A stretch of DNA of 36,102 bases, taken from IMG/VR virus record IMGVR_UViG_3300042934_000869; one strand, written 5' to 3'. Both the position numbers and the translations under genes were made by a program. Shown in pieces: positions 28,165-35,968 of this stretch. The stretch's first letter is position 1, and every line of letters starts with the position of its first letter. The notes under the pieces are model-generated. The model saw only the letters and a list, made by a program, of their open reading frames with translations, ran no database searches and was not told where the DNA came from. The DNA comes from an uncultured virus (IMG/VR IMGVR_UViG_3300042934_000869). Lineage: Duplodnaviria; Heunggongvirae; Uroviricota; Caudoviricetes.

Positions 28165-28832
28165 TCTAACTCCATTAAGTCATTTAAATCTTCATCAGAA
28201 TAATCTTTTCTTTTAATTAATTTTCCACCTTCGAAAAGCATGTCGTATATTTTTTCAGGCTCCATTCCAGACTCCATAAGGTGAATGGATGTAAGTATTA
28301 CATTTTCATCACCTTTACATGAAGTTCTTATCTTTCTTGATAGCTCTAGGTATGTTTTAGGTCTGCTATCTTTCAGTTTAAATGCTACTGATTTCTTTAG
28401 ATTTGATTTAGCTATTTCTTGAGTAGTTATACTTCCTTCTACGAATATTGATTTCGCTCCTACCTTTAATTGCATAACTGGATCGTTTCTTAGTAACTCA
28501 TCAATAATAGTGAAGTAAGTAACATTCTCTTCTTTAACCACTCTTTTATATTTTGCTATAAAGCTTGGAAGATTACCACCACTAGGGTTTTTAGGATCAT
28601 TTTTACATGCAAAACATTTATACCAATTTCTCTTTTTATCTATTCTTAATGACGGATGCGAGTCGTTGCCATGGAACACACAAATAACTATTACAGTATC
28701 TACACCTGCAGTAACTGCTCCGTCTAGCATGTTAAACTCTTTTAGATAATCCTCGATATGATAATTTTCTTGTATATAGTCGACTGCTGTTTTTAAAATA
28801 GTTTCATCTATTTTACGCATTTTTACTAACAC
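28161..28832 (-). CDS. CHC2 zinc-finger protein (DnaG primase zinc-binding domain, no TOPRIM)
   Basis: CVFHGNDSHPSL...WYKCFAC...GGNLPSF. Only 223 aa. Confidence 0.85.
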   Translation of the reverse strand: MLVKMRKIDETILKTAVDYIQENYHIEDYLKEFNMLDGAVTAGVDTVIVICVFHGNDSHPSLRIDKKRNWYKCFACKNDPKNPSGGNLPSFIAKYKRVVKEENVTYFTIIDELLRNDPVMQLKVGAKSIFVEGSITTQEIAKSNLKKSVAFKLKDSRPKTYLELSRKIRTSCKGDENVILTSIHLMESGMEPEKIYDMLFEGGKLIKRKDYSDEDLNDLMELE

Positions 28833-30534
28833 TTCTTATATAGTTAACTACGTCTTCATCCTTGCTTGGGTCTTTTATAGCAGTCTTTATCAGTTTAGTT
28901 AATTTTACTTTCTTATCATTATCTAAGGTCTCTGCAAAGTTAAACCATCTAACATGCTTTATACTTGTTTTAGATTCTTTCTTTTCTTCTGTTTTTCCTA
29001 GTATGTTTACTAGTGGAGTTTTTATTTTATTACTTTCAGTTATTACCTGACACTCTAATAATCCTGAATCATCTATAGATAATTCTACAACAACTCTTAC
29101 AGTTCCTGCCTTACCTTTAGGTATGTTTCTTAGTATTAGGTTTCCTAAATATATGTTGTCTTGTGCATATATTCCAGAGCCTTCGTATACTTCTACATTT
29201 ATTAACTCCTGATCATCCATACTAGTTGCAAATATTTTACTTGTAGTATATGGTATACTTTGGTTCTTTTCAATTAAATGAGTTATTCTGCCATCAGCTA
29301 AAACTCCTATAGCTCCTGATGTTACATCAAATATTTCTAAATCTTCCGAACCGTATTTCAATCTTTTAGCATTTATAGATGCTCCTAATGCTACTGATTC
29401 ATCTGGATTTAGGTGATTATATATTTTTAACTCTGGATATGTTTCTCTTAGCATTTCTTGTAGATAGATATTTTTAGTGGAACCACCGACTAGAACTAAA
29501 CCATCTAATTTAACTTTTTCAGACTTTATCAAATCATCAGTATACTTTCTAGTTCTGTTAAACAGCTTTCTAGTACACTTCTTATAATCATCTTTAGTAA
29601 ATGGTACATCTTCTAAAACTTTAGTTCCATCTTTAAGTGTTATATCTATCTTTAACTTTATCATAGAGAAATCTATCTTTTTATTGTGTTCTAATCTTAA
29701 AGTTATTTTCTCTTTATCTTGTTCTGTTATTAACTTAGTGTTATAGCCCAAATCTTTTAGTCTTTCCTCCACTATATCATACATATAGTGGTCTAGGTCA
29801 TCTCCTCCTAGTGCAGTATCTCCTCTAGTAGCTCTTACTGTAATAGTATCTTTCTGAGATGAATTTGATACTAGTCCTAAACTAGAAAGTATATCGTTGT
29901 CCATATTAGTTGCAACTTTTATACTTACCATAGATACATCGAAAGTTCCTCCACCTAGATCATATACTATAACATTACAATCTTTTTTATCTAATCTATA
30001 AACTAAAGAAGCCGCAGTAGGTTCTCTCATTATATTTAATAAATTAAGTCCTGCTAACTCAGCTGCTATCTTAGTATCTTCTATCTGTTTGTTATTAAAT
30101 TCTGCAGGAACTGTTATAACTACATCTTTAATATCTTTGTAAAGTTTTGAAGCTTTTTCTACTAAAGCTTTTAATATCTCTGAGGATATTTCAGAAGGAG
30201 TTTTGACTAACTCTCTACCTGCATGTCTTAATGTAACCTTTTTACCAGAACCCATTAATTTTTTTACTGAGTAAATTGCATTAGGTTTATATCTTTGACT
30301 GTAGGCTTCTTCTCCAACTATCATCTTATTGTTATTTGAGTCCCATAGCACACATGACGGCATTGTTACTTTACCGCTACCTAGTTTAATAACCTCTGGT
30401 ATATTACTATTTCCTACAACTGAAATACAACTATTAGTTGTACCTAAGTCTATCCCAAATGCGTGGGATTTTAGATTTGTCTTATTCTCTCCAGTCGCCT
30501 GACTTAAAGAGAATGCATTAGATTCTTTTAACAT
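28813..30534 (-). CDS. Hsp70/DnaK-family chaperone, divergent, with a short lid
   Basis: GIDLGTTNSC, VITVPAEF, REPTAA, YDLGGGTFDVS, LVGGST, NPDESVALGA, linker EIFDVT, substrate-binding beta domain. Confidence 0.95.
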   Translation of the reverse strand: MLKESNAFSLSQATGENKTNLKSHAFGIDLGTTNSCISVVGNSNIPEVIKLGSGKVTMPSCVLWDSNNNKMIVGEEAYSQRYKPNAIYSVKKLMGSGKKVTLRHAGRELVKTPSEISSEILKALVEKASKLYKDIKDVVITVPAEFNNKQIEDTKIAAELAGLNLLNIMREPTAASLVYRLDKKDCNVIVYDLGGGTFDVSMVSIKVATNMDNDILSSLGLVSNSSQKDTITVRATRGDTALGGDDLDHYMYDIVEERLKDLGYNTKLITEQDKEKITLRLEHNKKIDFSMIKLKIDITLKDGTKVLEDVPFTKDDYKKCTRKLFNRTRKYTDDLIKSEKVKLDGLVLVGGSTKNIYLQEMLRETYPELKIYNHLNPDESVALGASINAKRLKYGSEDLEIFDVTSGAIGVLADGRITHLIEKNQSIPYTTSKIFATSMDDQELINVEVYEGSGIYAQDNIYLGNLILRNIPKGKAGTVRVVVELSIDDSGLLECQVITESNKIKTPLVNILGKTEEKKESKTSIKHVRWFNFAETLDNDKKVKLTKLIKTAIKDPSKDEDVVNYIRSVSKNA

Positions 30535-30564
30535 ATTCTACCTCCTAAGATGTTTGTATCATGT

Positions 30565-30604
30565 AAAAAGGGGTGTGTTAAATCTTAACGACAACACACC
30601 CCTT
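30565..30604 (-). terminator. Intrinsic terminator in the leader upstream of the Hsp70 gene
   Basis: Minus strand AAGGGGTGTGTT-N13-AACACACCCCTT followed by TTT. Confidence 0.75.
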
Positions 30605-30688
30605 CTTTATCTGTTTGCTTTTTTAAACAAACTTTAAAAAATTAAGTAATTAAGCGTTGATTTATAATTTCTTCCTATCATCAACAAC

Positions 30689-30732
30689 TCACTATAGTAT
30701 AACATAATTATTCTATAATTCGGGGTTGAAAA
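30689..30732 (-). promoter_or_regulatory. Bipartite promoter-like motif, copy 3
   Basis: TTTTCAACCC-N20-TTATACTATAGTGA. Confidence 0.7.
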
Positions 30733-30743
30733 AGTGAATTTTA

Positions 30744-31412
30744 TCATGATATTATTCTATCTATATTCTTAACAATATCTTTAGTAAAGTAATCTGAATA
30801 ACTCATACCCTGTCTAGAAGCTTCATACAGTTTGTTATAAGATACTAACTTAGAAATCCAGAAGATATAACTATCTCTTTCTTGTGGTTCTATTGTTGCT
30901 AAAATGCAATTTATACCTTCTTCTATACTTAAATTCTTTGACACGTATTTCGAATAACTCAATAAAATCCTATATCTGAACTTTTGAACAAAATAAGGAA
31001 ATGACATTGTTCTTTTAAAACTATCACACTGCGATAGTATCTCCTCGCACTTCTCTATGAATATAGGTACTGTAGTATCTGCTTTATTGTTTATAGTTCC
31101 AAATCTGTATCTGGATAAATCTGCAAGAAATTTAGTAGTGTTGTTATCTACAATAAAATCACCTACTGATATATCATTTTTTACTTCTATATTTTTATAA
31201 GTTTCTATGTCTGATCTTATAAGGTTTAAGAAAACTTCTAAACCTCTATTAAACATCTTTCCTCTAAATAATACAACAGGCAATGAATTATATAATAATT
31301 CACCTGATATATCATCTAAGTTACTCACCAATATTCTTCTTATAGTTTCTAAACTTACATAACTTGTCTTGTTGTAATTTCTTAATATTAATTCTGATTC
31401 TAAACTAAACAT
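30744..31412 (-). CDS. Hypothetical protein (222 aa)
   Basis: ORF with GGAGGT RBS. No motif recognised. Confidence 0.75.
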   Translation of the reverse strand: MFSLESELILRNYNKTSYVSLETIRRILVSNLDDISGELLYNSLPVVLFRGKMFNRGLEVFLNLIRSDIETYKNIEVKNDISVGDFIVDNNTTKFLADLSRYRFGTINNKADTTVPIFIEKCEEILSQCDSFKRTMSFPYFVQKFRYRILLSYSKYVSKNLSIEEGINCILATIEPQERDSYIFWISKLVSYNKLYEASRQGMSYSDYFTKDIVKNIDRIIS

Positions 31413-31495
31413 ACTCTACCTCCCATTCTAATCAGTATGTATACTTTTAATAATTAGAATTTCCTGTAGTATTTAGTTTAGTATATGTTATGTTT

Positions 31496-32038
31496 CTAAG
31501 AAAATATTTTTAGTTCTGTGAAATGGTTTGTGGGATCTTTTATATCTTTTATAACTAATTTACACTTTAATTTTTCTGCTATCTCTTTTGCACTTAATAG
31601 ATCACTAATCTGTTCTTTAATTCTATTGTTATCTAAATAAAGTTCTACCACAACTCCGTATTTATCGTATTTTATTATAACTTTACTTTTAAATTTATTT
31701 AGTAAGTAAGTCAGGCCTTCTTGTCTATTTATATAACCTTTTATTTCTAGACCTCTTAGTTTATTTACTGTTGCATCGAATCTATCTAATGCTCTATAAA
31801 TATCTTGCATTACATACTCTATACTTTGTTTGCTGTAATCATAAGTAATACTATGATTGTATGTAATATCTGCTCCTAATTTTTCTAGACTTTCTATAAT
31901 AGCTATACTTTTATCTTTTAGATATAGTATGCTTAATACAGGTACTTCGTTATATTTTACTGTTTCCATATTATCTTCATAATGTATGCTGTAACTACTG
32001 TCCTTTAATTTATATCCATTTATATTTATATTTCTCAT
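31496..32038 (-). CDS. Hypothetical protein (180 aa)
   Basis: ORF with AAGGAG RBS. Confidence 0.75.
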   Translation of the reverse strand: MRNININGYKLKDSSYSIHYEDNMETVKYNEVPVLSILYLKDKSIAIIESLEKLGADITYNHSITYDYSKQSIEYVMQDIYRALDRFDATVNKLRGLEIKGYINRQEGLTYLLNKFKSKVIIKYDKYGVVVELYLDNNRIKEQISDLLSAKEIAEKLKCKLVIKDIKDPTNHFTELKIFS

Positions 32039-32069
32039 ATTATCTCCTTTCTACTATGACGTAACTATG

Positions 32070-32095
32070 AAGATACCTATAAATATAGGTATCTT
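32070..32095. terminator. Hairpin / probable terminator
   Basis: AAGATACCTATA-AA-TATAGGTATCTT just past the stop at 32105. Confidence 0.6.
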
Positions 32096-32104
32096 TTACT
32101 TAGG

Positions 32105-32569
32105 TCATTTTAGTATGTACCAATAGGGTTTACCTCTTATTCCCCACTCTGCTAGATGTTGTTTATCTCCTATATAATATTTTCTATAAGATTCTATAAC
32201 ATCATCTGTCATATATTTAGTGGGCATAGATAATTTAGGTGTTGTGATTCTATCTTTGATTGGTAAATTTGGTACACTTAAATTCTTTATTACTCTTAAG
32301 GAATCATGATATGAATATCCTCTATACACGGCCTCTCTTCCTAAGTATAGAGCGAGGTACTTTAAGTACTTCCAGTTTAGCTCACTTTCCATAACCCATC
32401 TTACACATTTATGAGTTGTATAAGCCGGAAGATATCCTTCTTCTAACCCATTTAATCTATTAACTGTGCTTAACATTTGGGCTGATTCTAAAATCATTTT
32501 TCTAACGTGAGTGTTCATATGATACTGGGCACACTTTTCTATATCATGGTCTAAGAAAAATATGTTCAT
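32105..32569 (-). CDS. Pyrimidine-dimer DNA glycosylase / endonuclease V (DenV-like) family protein
   Basis: MNIFFLD...CAQYH..HVRKMILESAQMLST, HKCVRW, YRKYY..K..LA.W..R..P.W. Confidence 0.85.
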   Translation of the reverse strand: MNIFFLDHDIEKCAQYHMNTHVRKMILESAQMLSTVNRLNGLEEGYLPAYTTHKCVRWVMESELNWKYLKYLALYLGREAVYRGYSYHDSLRVIKNLSVPNLPIKDRITTPKLSMPTKYMTDDVIESYRKYYIGDKQHLAEWGIRGKPYWYILK

Positions 32570-33003
32570 TAGAAATATGCTTCCACCAATTCTACAATAG
32601 AAGCATCTAGATATTTTATTACAAATAAATTTTCCCCATCTTCATCTTTTCCATAAATTAGTCCTTCTCCATTCCATTCTACATGATGTAGTTGGTCATT
32701 TATATCCCCTAATTCATCTTCACTAATCTCTTCTGATTTTACTAGAAGGTCTAGAATCTTGTCAATGTCTTCTAGTCCTCCTTCTATATTTGCGTATACT
32801 ACGAATGTATCTTCTTCTATAGTTTTTGCTAATACATTTCCATTAGCGTCTAGTAATGTTGTAGAATCTCCTTCATCTCCTAGGTCTTTTGTATTTTCAG
32901 CAAGGTAAATTTTTATAACCTCTGATGAAATTACAGCATTCTTGTCTGTCTGTCCTTCGAAATTACACTCTTTCAGTAATTCTAACAAATCTTCTTTATT
33001 CAT
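32569..33003 (-). CDS. Acidic hypothetical protein (144 aa)
   Basis: Coupled to both neighbours (ATGA and TAATG overlaps). Confidence 0.75.
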   Translation of the reverse strand: MNKEDLLELLKECNFEGQTDKNAVISSEVIKIYLAENTKDLGDEGDSTTLLDANGNVLAKTIEEDTFVVYANIEGGLEDIDKILDLLVKSEEISEDELGDINDQLHHVEWNGEGLIYGKDEDGENLFVIKYLDASIVELVEAYF

Positions 33004-33221
33004 TTATTCTTTCCTCCAAATTTATTTTTATTTCCTGAAATAAAATAATATATAACTAACATTAATAAGTAAAGTAATATACTCAGTGCTGATCCTTTGC
33101 TTATTAATGAAGATACCTTTTTACTTGACGTTAATATATGATAAGTGCTGTTAATTATTGCTATACCGTTTAATAGTATTACAGATAAACCTAATTTGAT
33201 TATTGTAGATTTTTTATTCAA
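33000..33221 (-). CDS. Small membrane protein (2 TM)
   Basis: Two hydrophobic helices and basic termini. Confidence 0.65.
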   Translation of the reverse strand: MNKKSTIIKLGLSVILLNGIAIINSTYHILTSSKKVSSLISKGSALSILLYLLMLVIYYFISGNKNKFGGKNK

Positions 33222-33239
33222 TTATTATGTATCCCTAAA

Positions 33240-33779
33240 TTATCTTTCATTACTCATACCTCCAAATATAAACAGTTCACTTAACATAGATGGTGATGAT
33301 ACCTTGGAATCATTTTTCTCCCAATTGTCTCCTATTAGCTTAAACCCTGTGCAGTCTTCAAATTTTAAGAACGGCACAAATGATATAACACTATCTTCGT
33401 TTTTTAATTCTTTATCTATAACTATATTATCGAATACAGTAGTTTCATCTATACTCTTATCCCTCATTAAAGAAAGAAATTTATCGTACGGTAGGCTGGC
33501 TACTAGGTCTGACTCTACATCAAACTCTAGTAAGAATTGACCACTCTTTACTGATATCATACTACTTATATCTTCCCATGAATTCTCTAAACTAACTTCT
33601 CCCATTATTTTGGTAAGTCCTACAACTAACTTAGAAGAAAATCCTGTATTGCTTTCTAGAAAGGTCTCTAGAATCTCTTTGAAGTTATTATGCATTGGGA
33701 AGATTACTACATCACATAACTTCTTATTATCTACTAATTGTCTAGATTGTTTTACATCAAGCTTTGTAATAAATTTCAT
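33240..33779 (-). CDS. Hypothetical protein (179 aa)
   Basis: AGGAGGTG RBS. Confidence 0.75.
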   Translation of the reverse strand: MKFITKLDVKQSRQLVDNKKLCDVVIFPMHNNFKEILETFLESNTGFSSKLVVGLTKIMGEVSLENSWEDISSMISVKSGQFLLEFDVESDLVASLPYDKFLSLMRDKSIDETTVFDNIVIDKELKNEDSVISFVPFLKFEDCTGFKLIGDNWEKNDSKVSSPSMLSELFIFGGMSNER

Positions 33780-33815
33780 TACACACCTCCTGCTCTGTTA
33801 TAATTAAATATCTAT

Positions 33816-34010
33816 TTAAGTTTCAAATTCAAAATCTTCAGCACAATCTTCACATAGTGTGTGTACTGTAGACTCCGATATATTTGTATCAGGTTCTTCT
33901 AGATATTGATAACCATTTATATCATAGTAGCATACTTCATCTAAATCTTCGCTTTCGAATCCGCATACTTCGCACTTTAGAGAGAACTCTACTAATCTTT
34001 TGACTTCCAT
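33816..34010 (-). CDS. Small acidic zinc-ribbon-like protein
   Basis: CEVC and CEDC cysteine pairs. AGGAGG RBS. Confidence 0.75.
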   Translation of the reverse strand: MEVKRLVEFSLKCEVCGFESEDLDEVCYYDINGYQYLEEPDTNISESTVHTLCEDCAEDFEFET

Positions 34011-34056
34011 ACTTCTACCTCCTAATATTCACTAAGCTCATCTAAATAAACTTACT

Positions 34057-34085
34057 AGAGCGTGTATTAAATTAATACACGCTCT
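34057..34085. terminator. 14-bp perfect inverted repeat (terminator or binding site)
   Basis: AGAGCGTGTATTAA-A-TTAATACACGCTCT just past the stop at 34092. Confidence 0.65.
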
Positions 34086-34091
34086 CTAAAT

Positions 34092-34262
34092 CTACTTTAG
34101 TATAATTGATGGATTTTTATGTAATGAAGGTATTCCATATACTACTACCCATTGTCTTATTAATCCTTTAGTTGCTTCTAAATTAGTCTGATTAACTTCT
34201 GAAAATAACTCTCTGCACGTACCTTCTAGAGAAATCTTCTCTACTTCTTTAGTGAAACTCAT
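34092..34262 (-). CDS. Small protein A (56 aa; absent from the ORF track), paralog of 35268-35444
   Basis: AAGGAGG RBS; MSFTKEVEKISLEGTCRELFSEVNQTNLEATKGLIRQWVVVYGIPSLHKNPSIILK*. Confidence 0.75.
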   Translation of the reverse strand: MSFTKEVEKISLEGTCRELFSEVNQTNLEATKGLIRQWVVVYGIPSLHKNPSIILK

Positions 34263-34282
34263 ATTCCCCTTCCTCCTTTATT

Positions 34283-34789
34283 TTAAGCTATTTTATTTGA
34301 TTCTGACTGCATTACTTTTATCTCTCCTTTAGATGGAATGATATATTCGTATCCAGTTTTATTTACTACTTTTATTACTATCATTAGTGTGGGATTATAT
34401 TCATAAAGTATGTCTAATACTTTACCACTTATTTTAGTTTTTGTTATATCGTATCCTTCAATTATATATCCTATATTAATCTCTAGATACTGTGAACTTG
34501 ATTTTATATACTCTATATCTTCCTTCATGATTATTTCTAACAATGCTGGATTTATAACATCTTTAAATGTATCTTTACTTATTATATTACATATTGATAC
34601 ACTAGAAGTATTTACATATTCTATCTTTCCGTCGTCTATTAACTTTTGTAATCTTGATATTACTGATTCAGTAAATGGAATATGCTCTGCTCCATTTTCT
34701 TCTAGTAATTTTAATTCTGCATACATTCTTTTTATATTTTCTAATGAGTAATTTCTTTTTATATATTCCTTTAAACATATTAATCTCAT
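34283..34789 (-). CDS. Hypothetical protein (168 aa)
   Basis: AGGAGG RBS. Confidence 0.75.
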   Translation of the reverse strand: MRLICLKEYIKRNYSLENIKRMYAELKLLEENGAEHIPFTESVISRLQKLIDDGKIEYVNTSSVSICNIISKDTFKDVINPALLEIIMKEDIEYIKSSSQYLEINIGYIIEGYDITKTKISGKVLDILYEYNPTLMIVIKVVNKTGYEYIIPSKGEIKVMQSESNKIA

Positions 34790-34843
34790 ATACTCTACCT
34801 CCTAATATTTATACCAGCTAGATAGTACAGTTGACTTATACTA

Positions 34844-35278
34844 TTATATTTCCGTATCCAACTCTTTATTGTATTCATCAAAAAGTTTATCTAATTTAAA
34901 TTTATCATAGGAGATTGTACCACTTTTTAATGTGGTTAATAATCTATATCCTATATCAGTAAAGCTATAGACTTTTCTCTCTATAAAACATATTTCCTCT
35001 TTTACTTCTATTGACTCATTCTCCTTTAAAACTTCTGATGACTCGTAAATCTCTATATGTTTATAAGATGATTCTCTTTTTGTAGCATATTTTATTTTTC
35101 CTGTATATTTATTATGTACTATAGATTTTAAATCCTCTAAAGTCTCTATAGATGTACATGGAACATACACTATATTACTATGCATGCACATATCTATGTA
35201 GTTTCCATCAAAATCAAAATCATTTGGTAAAATAACTATATAATCAGTTTCTGTTTTGCTATAAATACTATACTGCAT
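34844..35278 (-). CDS. Hypothetical protein (144 aa)
   Basis: AAGGAG RBS. Confidence 0.7.
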   Translation of the reverse strand: MQYSIYSKTETDYIVILPNDFDFDGNYIDMCMHSNIVYVPCTSIETLEDLKSIVHNKYTGKIKYATKRESSYKHIEIYESSEVLKENESIEVKEEICFIERKVYSFTDIGYRLLTTLKSGTISYDKFKLDKLFDEYNKELDTEI

Positions 35279-35444
35279 CTCTTACTCTCCTTTTGTTTAT
35301 ACTAGTAAGGATTGGGTCTTTGCTTATTTTAAGTTTCCATTCTTCTATTAATGCTTCTGTCTTTTCTAAGCTGTCTTCGTCTGTATTACCATATACTATA
35401 TAGCAAGTATCTTTTAAGTTATACTTACTTAATCTATTACTCAT
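35268..35444 (-). CDS. Small protein B (58 aa; absent from the ORF track), paralog of 34092-34262
   Basis: MSNRLSKYNLKDTCYIVYGNTDEDSLEKTEALIEEWKLKISKDPILTSINKRRVRDAV*. Fills the gap and overlaps the next start. Confidence 0.7.
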   Translation of the reverse strand: MSNRLSKYNLKDTCYIVYGNTDEDSLEKTEALIEEWKLKISKDPILTSINKRRVRDAV

Positions 35445-35458
35445 ATTAATACACTTCC

Positions 35459-35968
35459 TTAATTTAATTTAATATTATGAAAACAATCTACTGTTTTTTC
35501 TTCAAACATACTTTTAAGATCATCTCTGTACCATAGGTCTGGTGAGTTAACCAATATAGTTAGTTCTTCTACTATATTATGTGCAATCTCTAAATCTCTT
35601 CCTAGACCCTTCCAAATCTTCTTACCTCTATTAGTAACCTTACCTTTGATGACTTCTCTATGTATAGGATGTCTATAGTACACAGCATAAGAATTCCCTT
35701 TCTTAACCAGACTGCATTTGTATTTATGTATAGATTTTTTAGTATAGGTCTTTAGAAATTCCGGTAGCTTTTCTATGAACTTTGATTTGGAATATACTTT
35801 ATTATTTATCTTATCCAATACTATACTTGGGGATATTGACTCTATTATATATTTAAAATCTTTCATACTACTAGTTAAATATATTGTTGCTATCTTCTTA
35901 TCAGGCTCTAAAGAGAAGTTACTATCGTTAGTTATATACAACGCATAATCATCTATTACTGCATACAT
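35459..35968 (-). CDS. Hypothetical protein with a possible integrase arm-type DNA-binding domain in its C-terminal half
   Basis: YAVYYRHP...GKKIWKGLGRDLEIA resembles the lambda Int N-terminal YYCYRDPRTGKEFGLGRDRRIA. Confidence 0.5.
   Translation of the reverse strand: MYAVIDDYALYITNDSNFSLEPDKKIATIYLTSSMKDFKYIIESISPSIVLDKINNKVYSKSKFIEKLPEFLKTYTKKSIHKYKCSLVKKGNSYAVYYRHPIHREVIKGKVTNRGKKIWKGLGRDLEIAHNIVEELTILVNSPDLWYRDDLKSMFEEKTVDCFHNIKLN

Noticed and set aside
33000..33221. Holin or type I toxin
   Set aside because: Only generic two-TM character; no endolysin or antisense partner evident.
367..34751. All plus-strand ORFs in the track (e.g. 367-639, 2070-2354, 13632-13874, 33145-33540, 34410-34751)
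   Set aside because: They are short antisense shadows of longer minus-strand genes, S/L/I/F-rich as expected from reverse-complemented AT-rich codons, and lack convincing RBSs.
34839..34880. Fourth copy of the bipartite promoter motif (TATAATAGTA)
   Set aside because: The downstream box is similar but no CArCCC box sits at the required distance.
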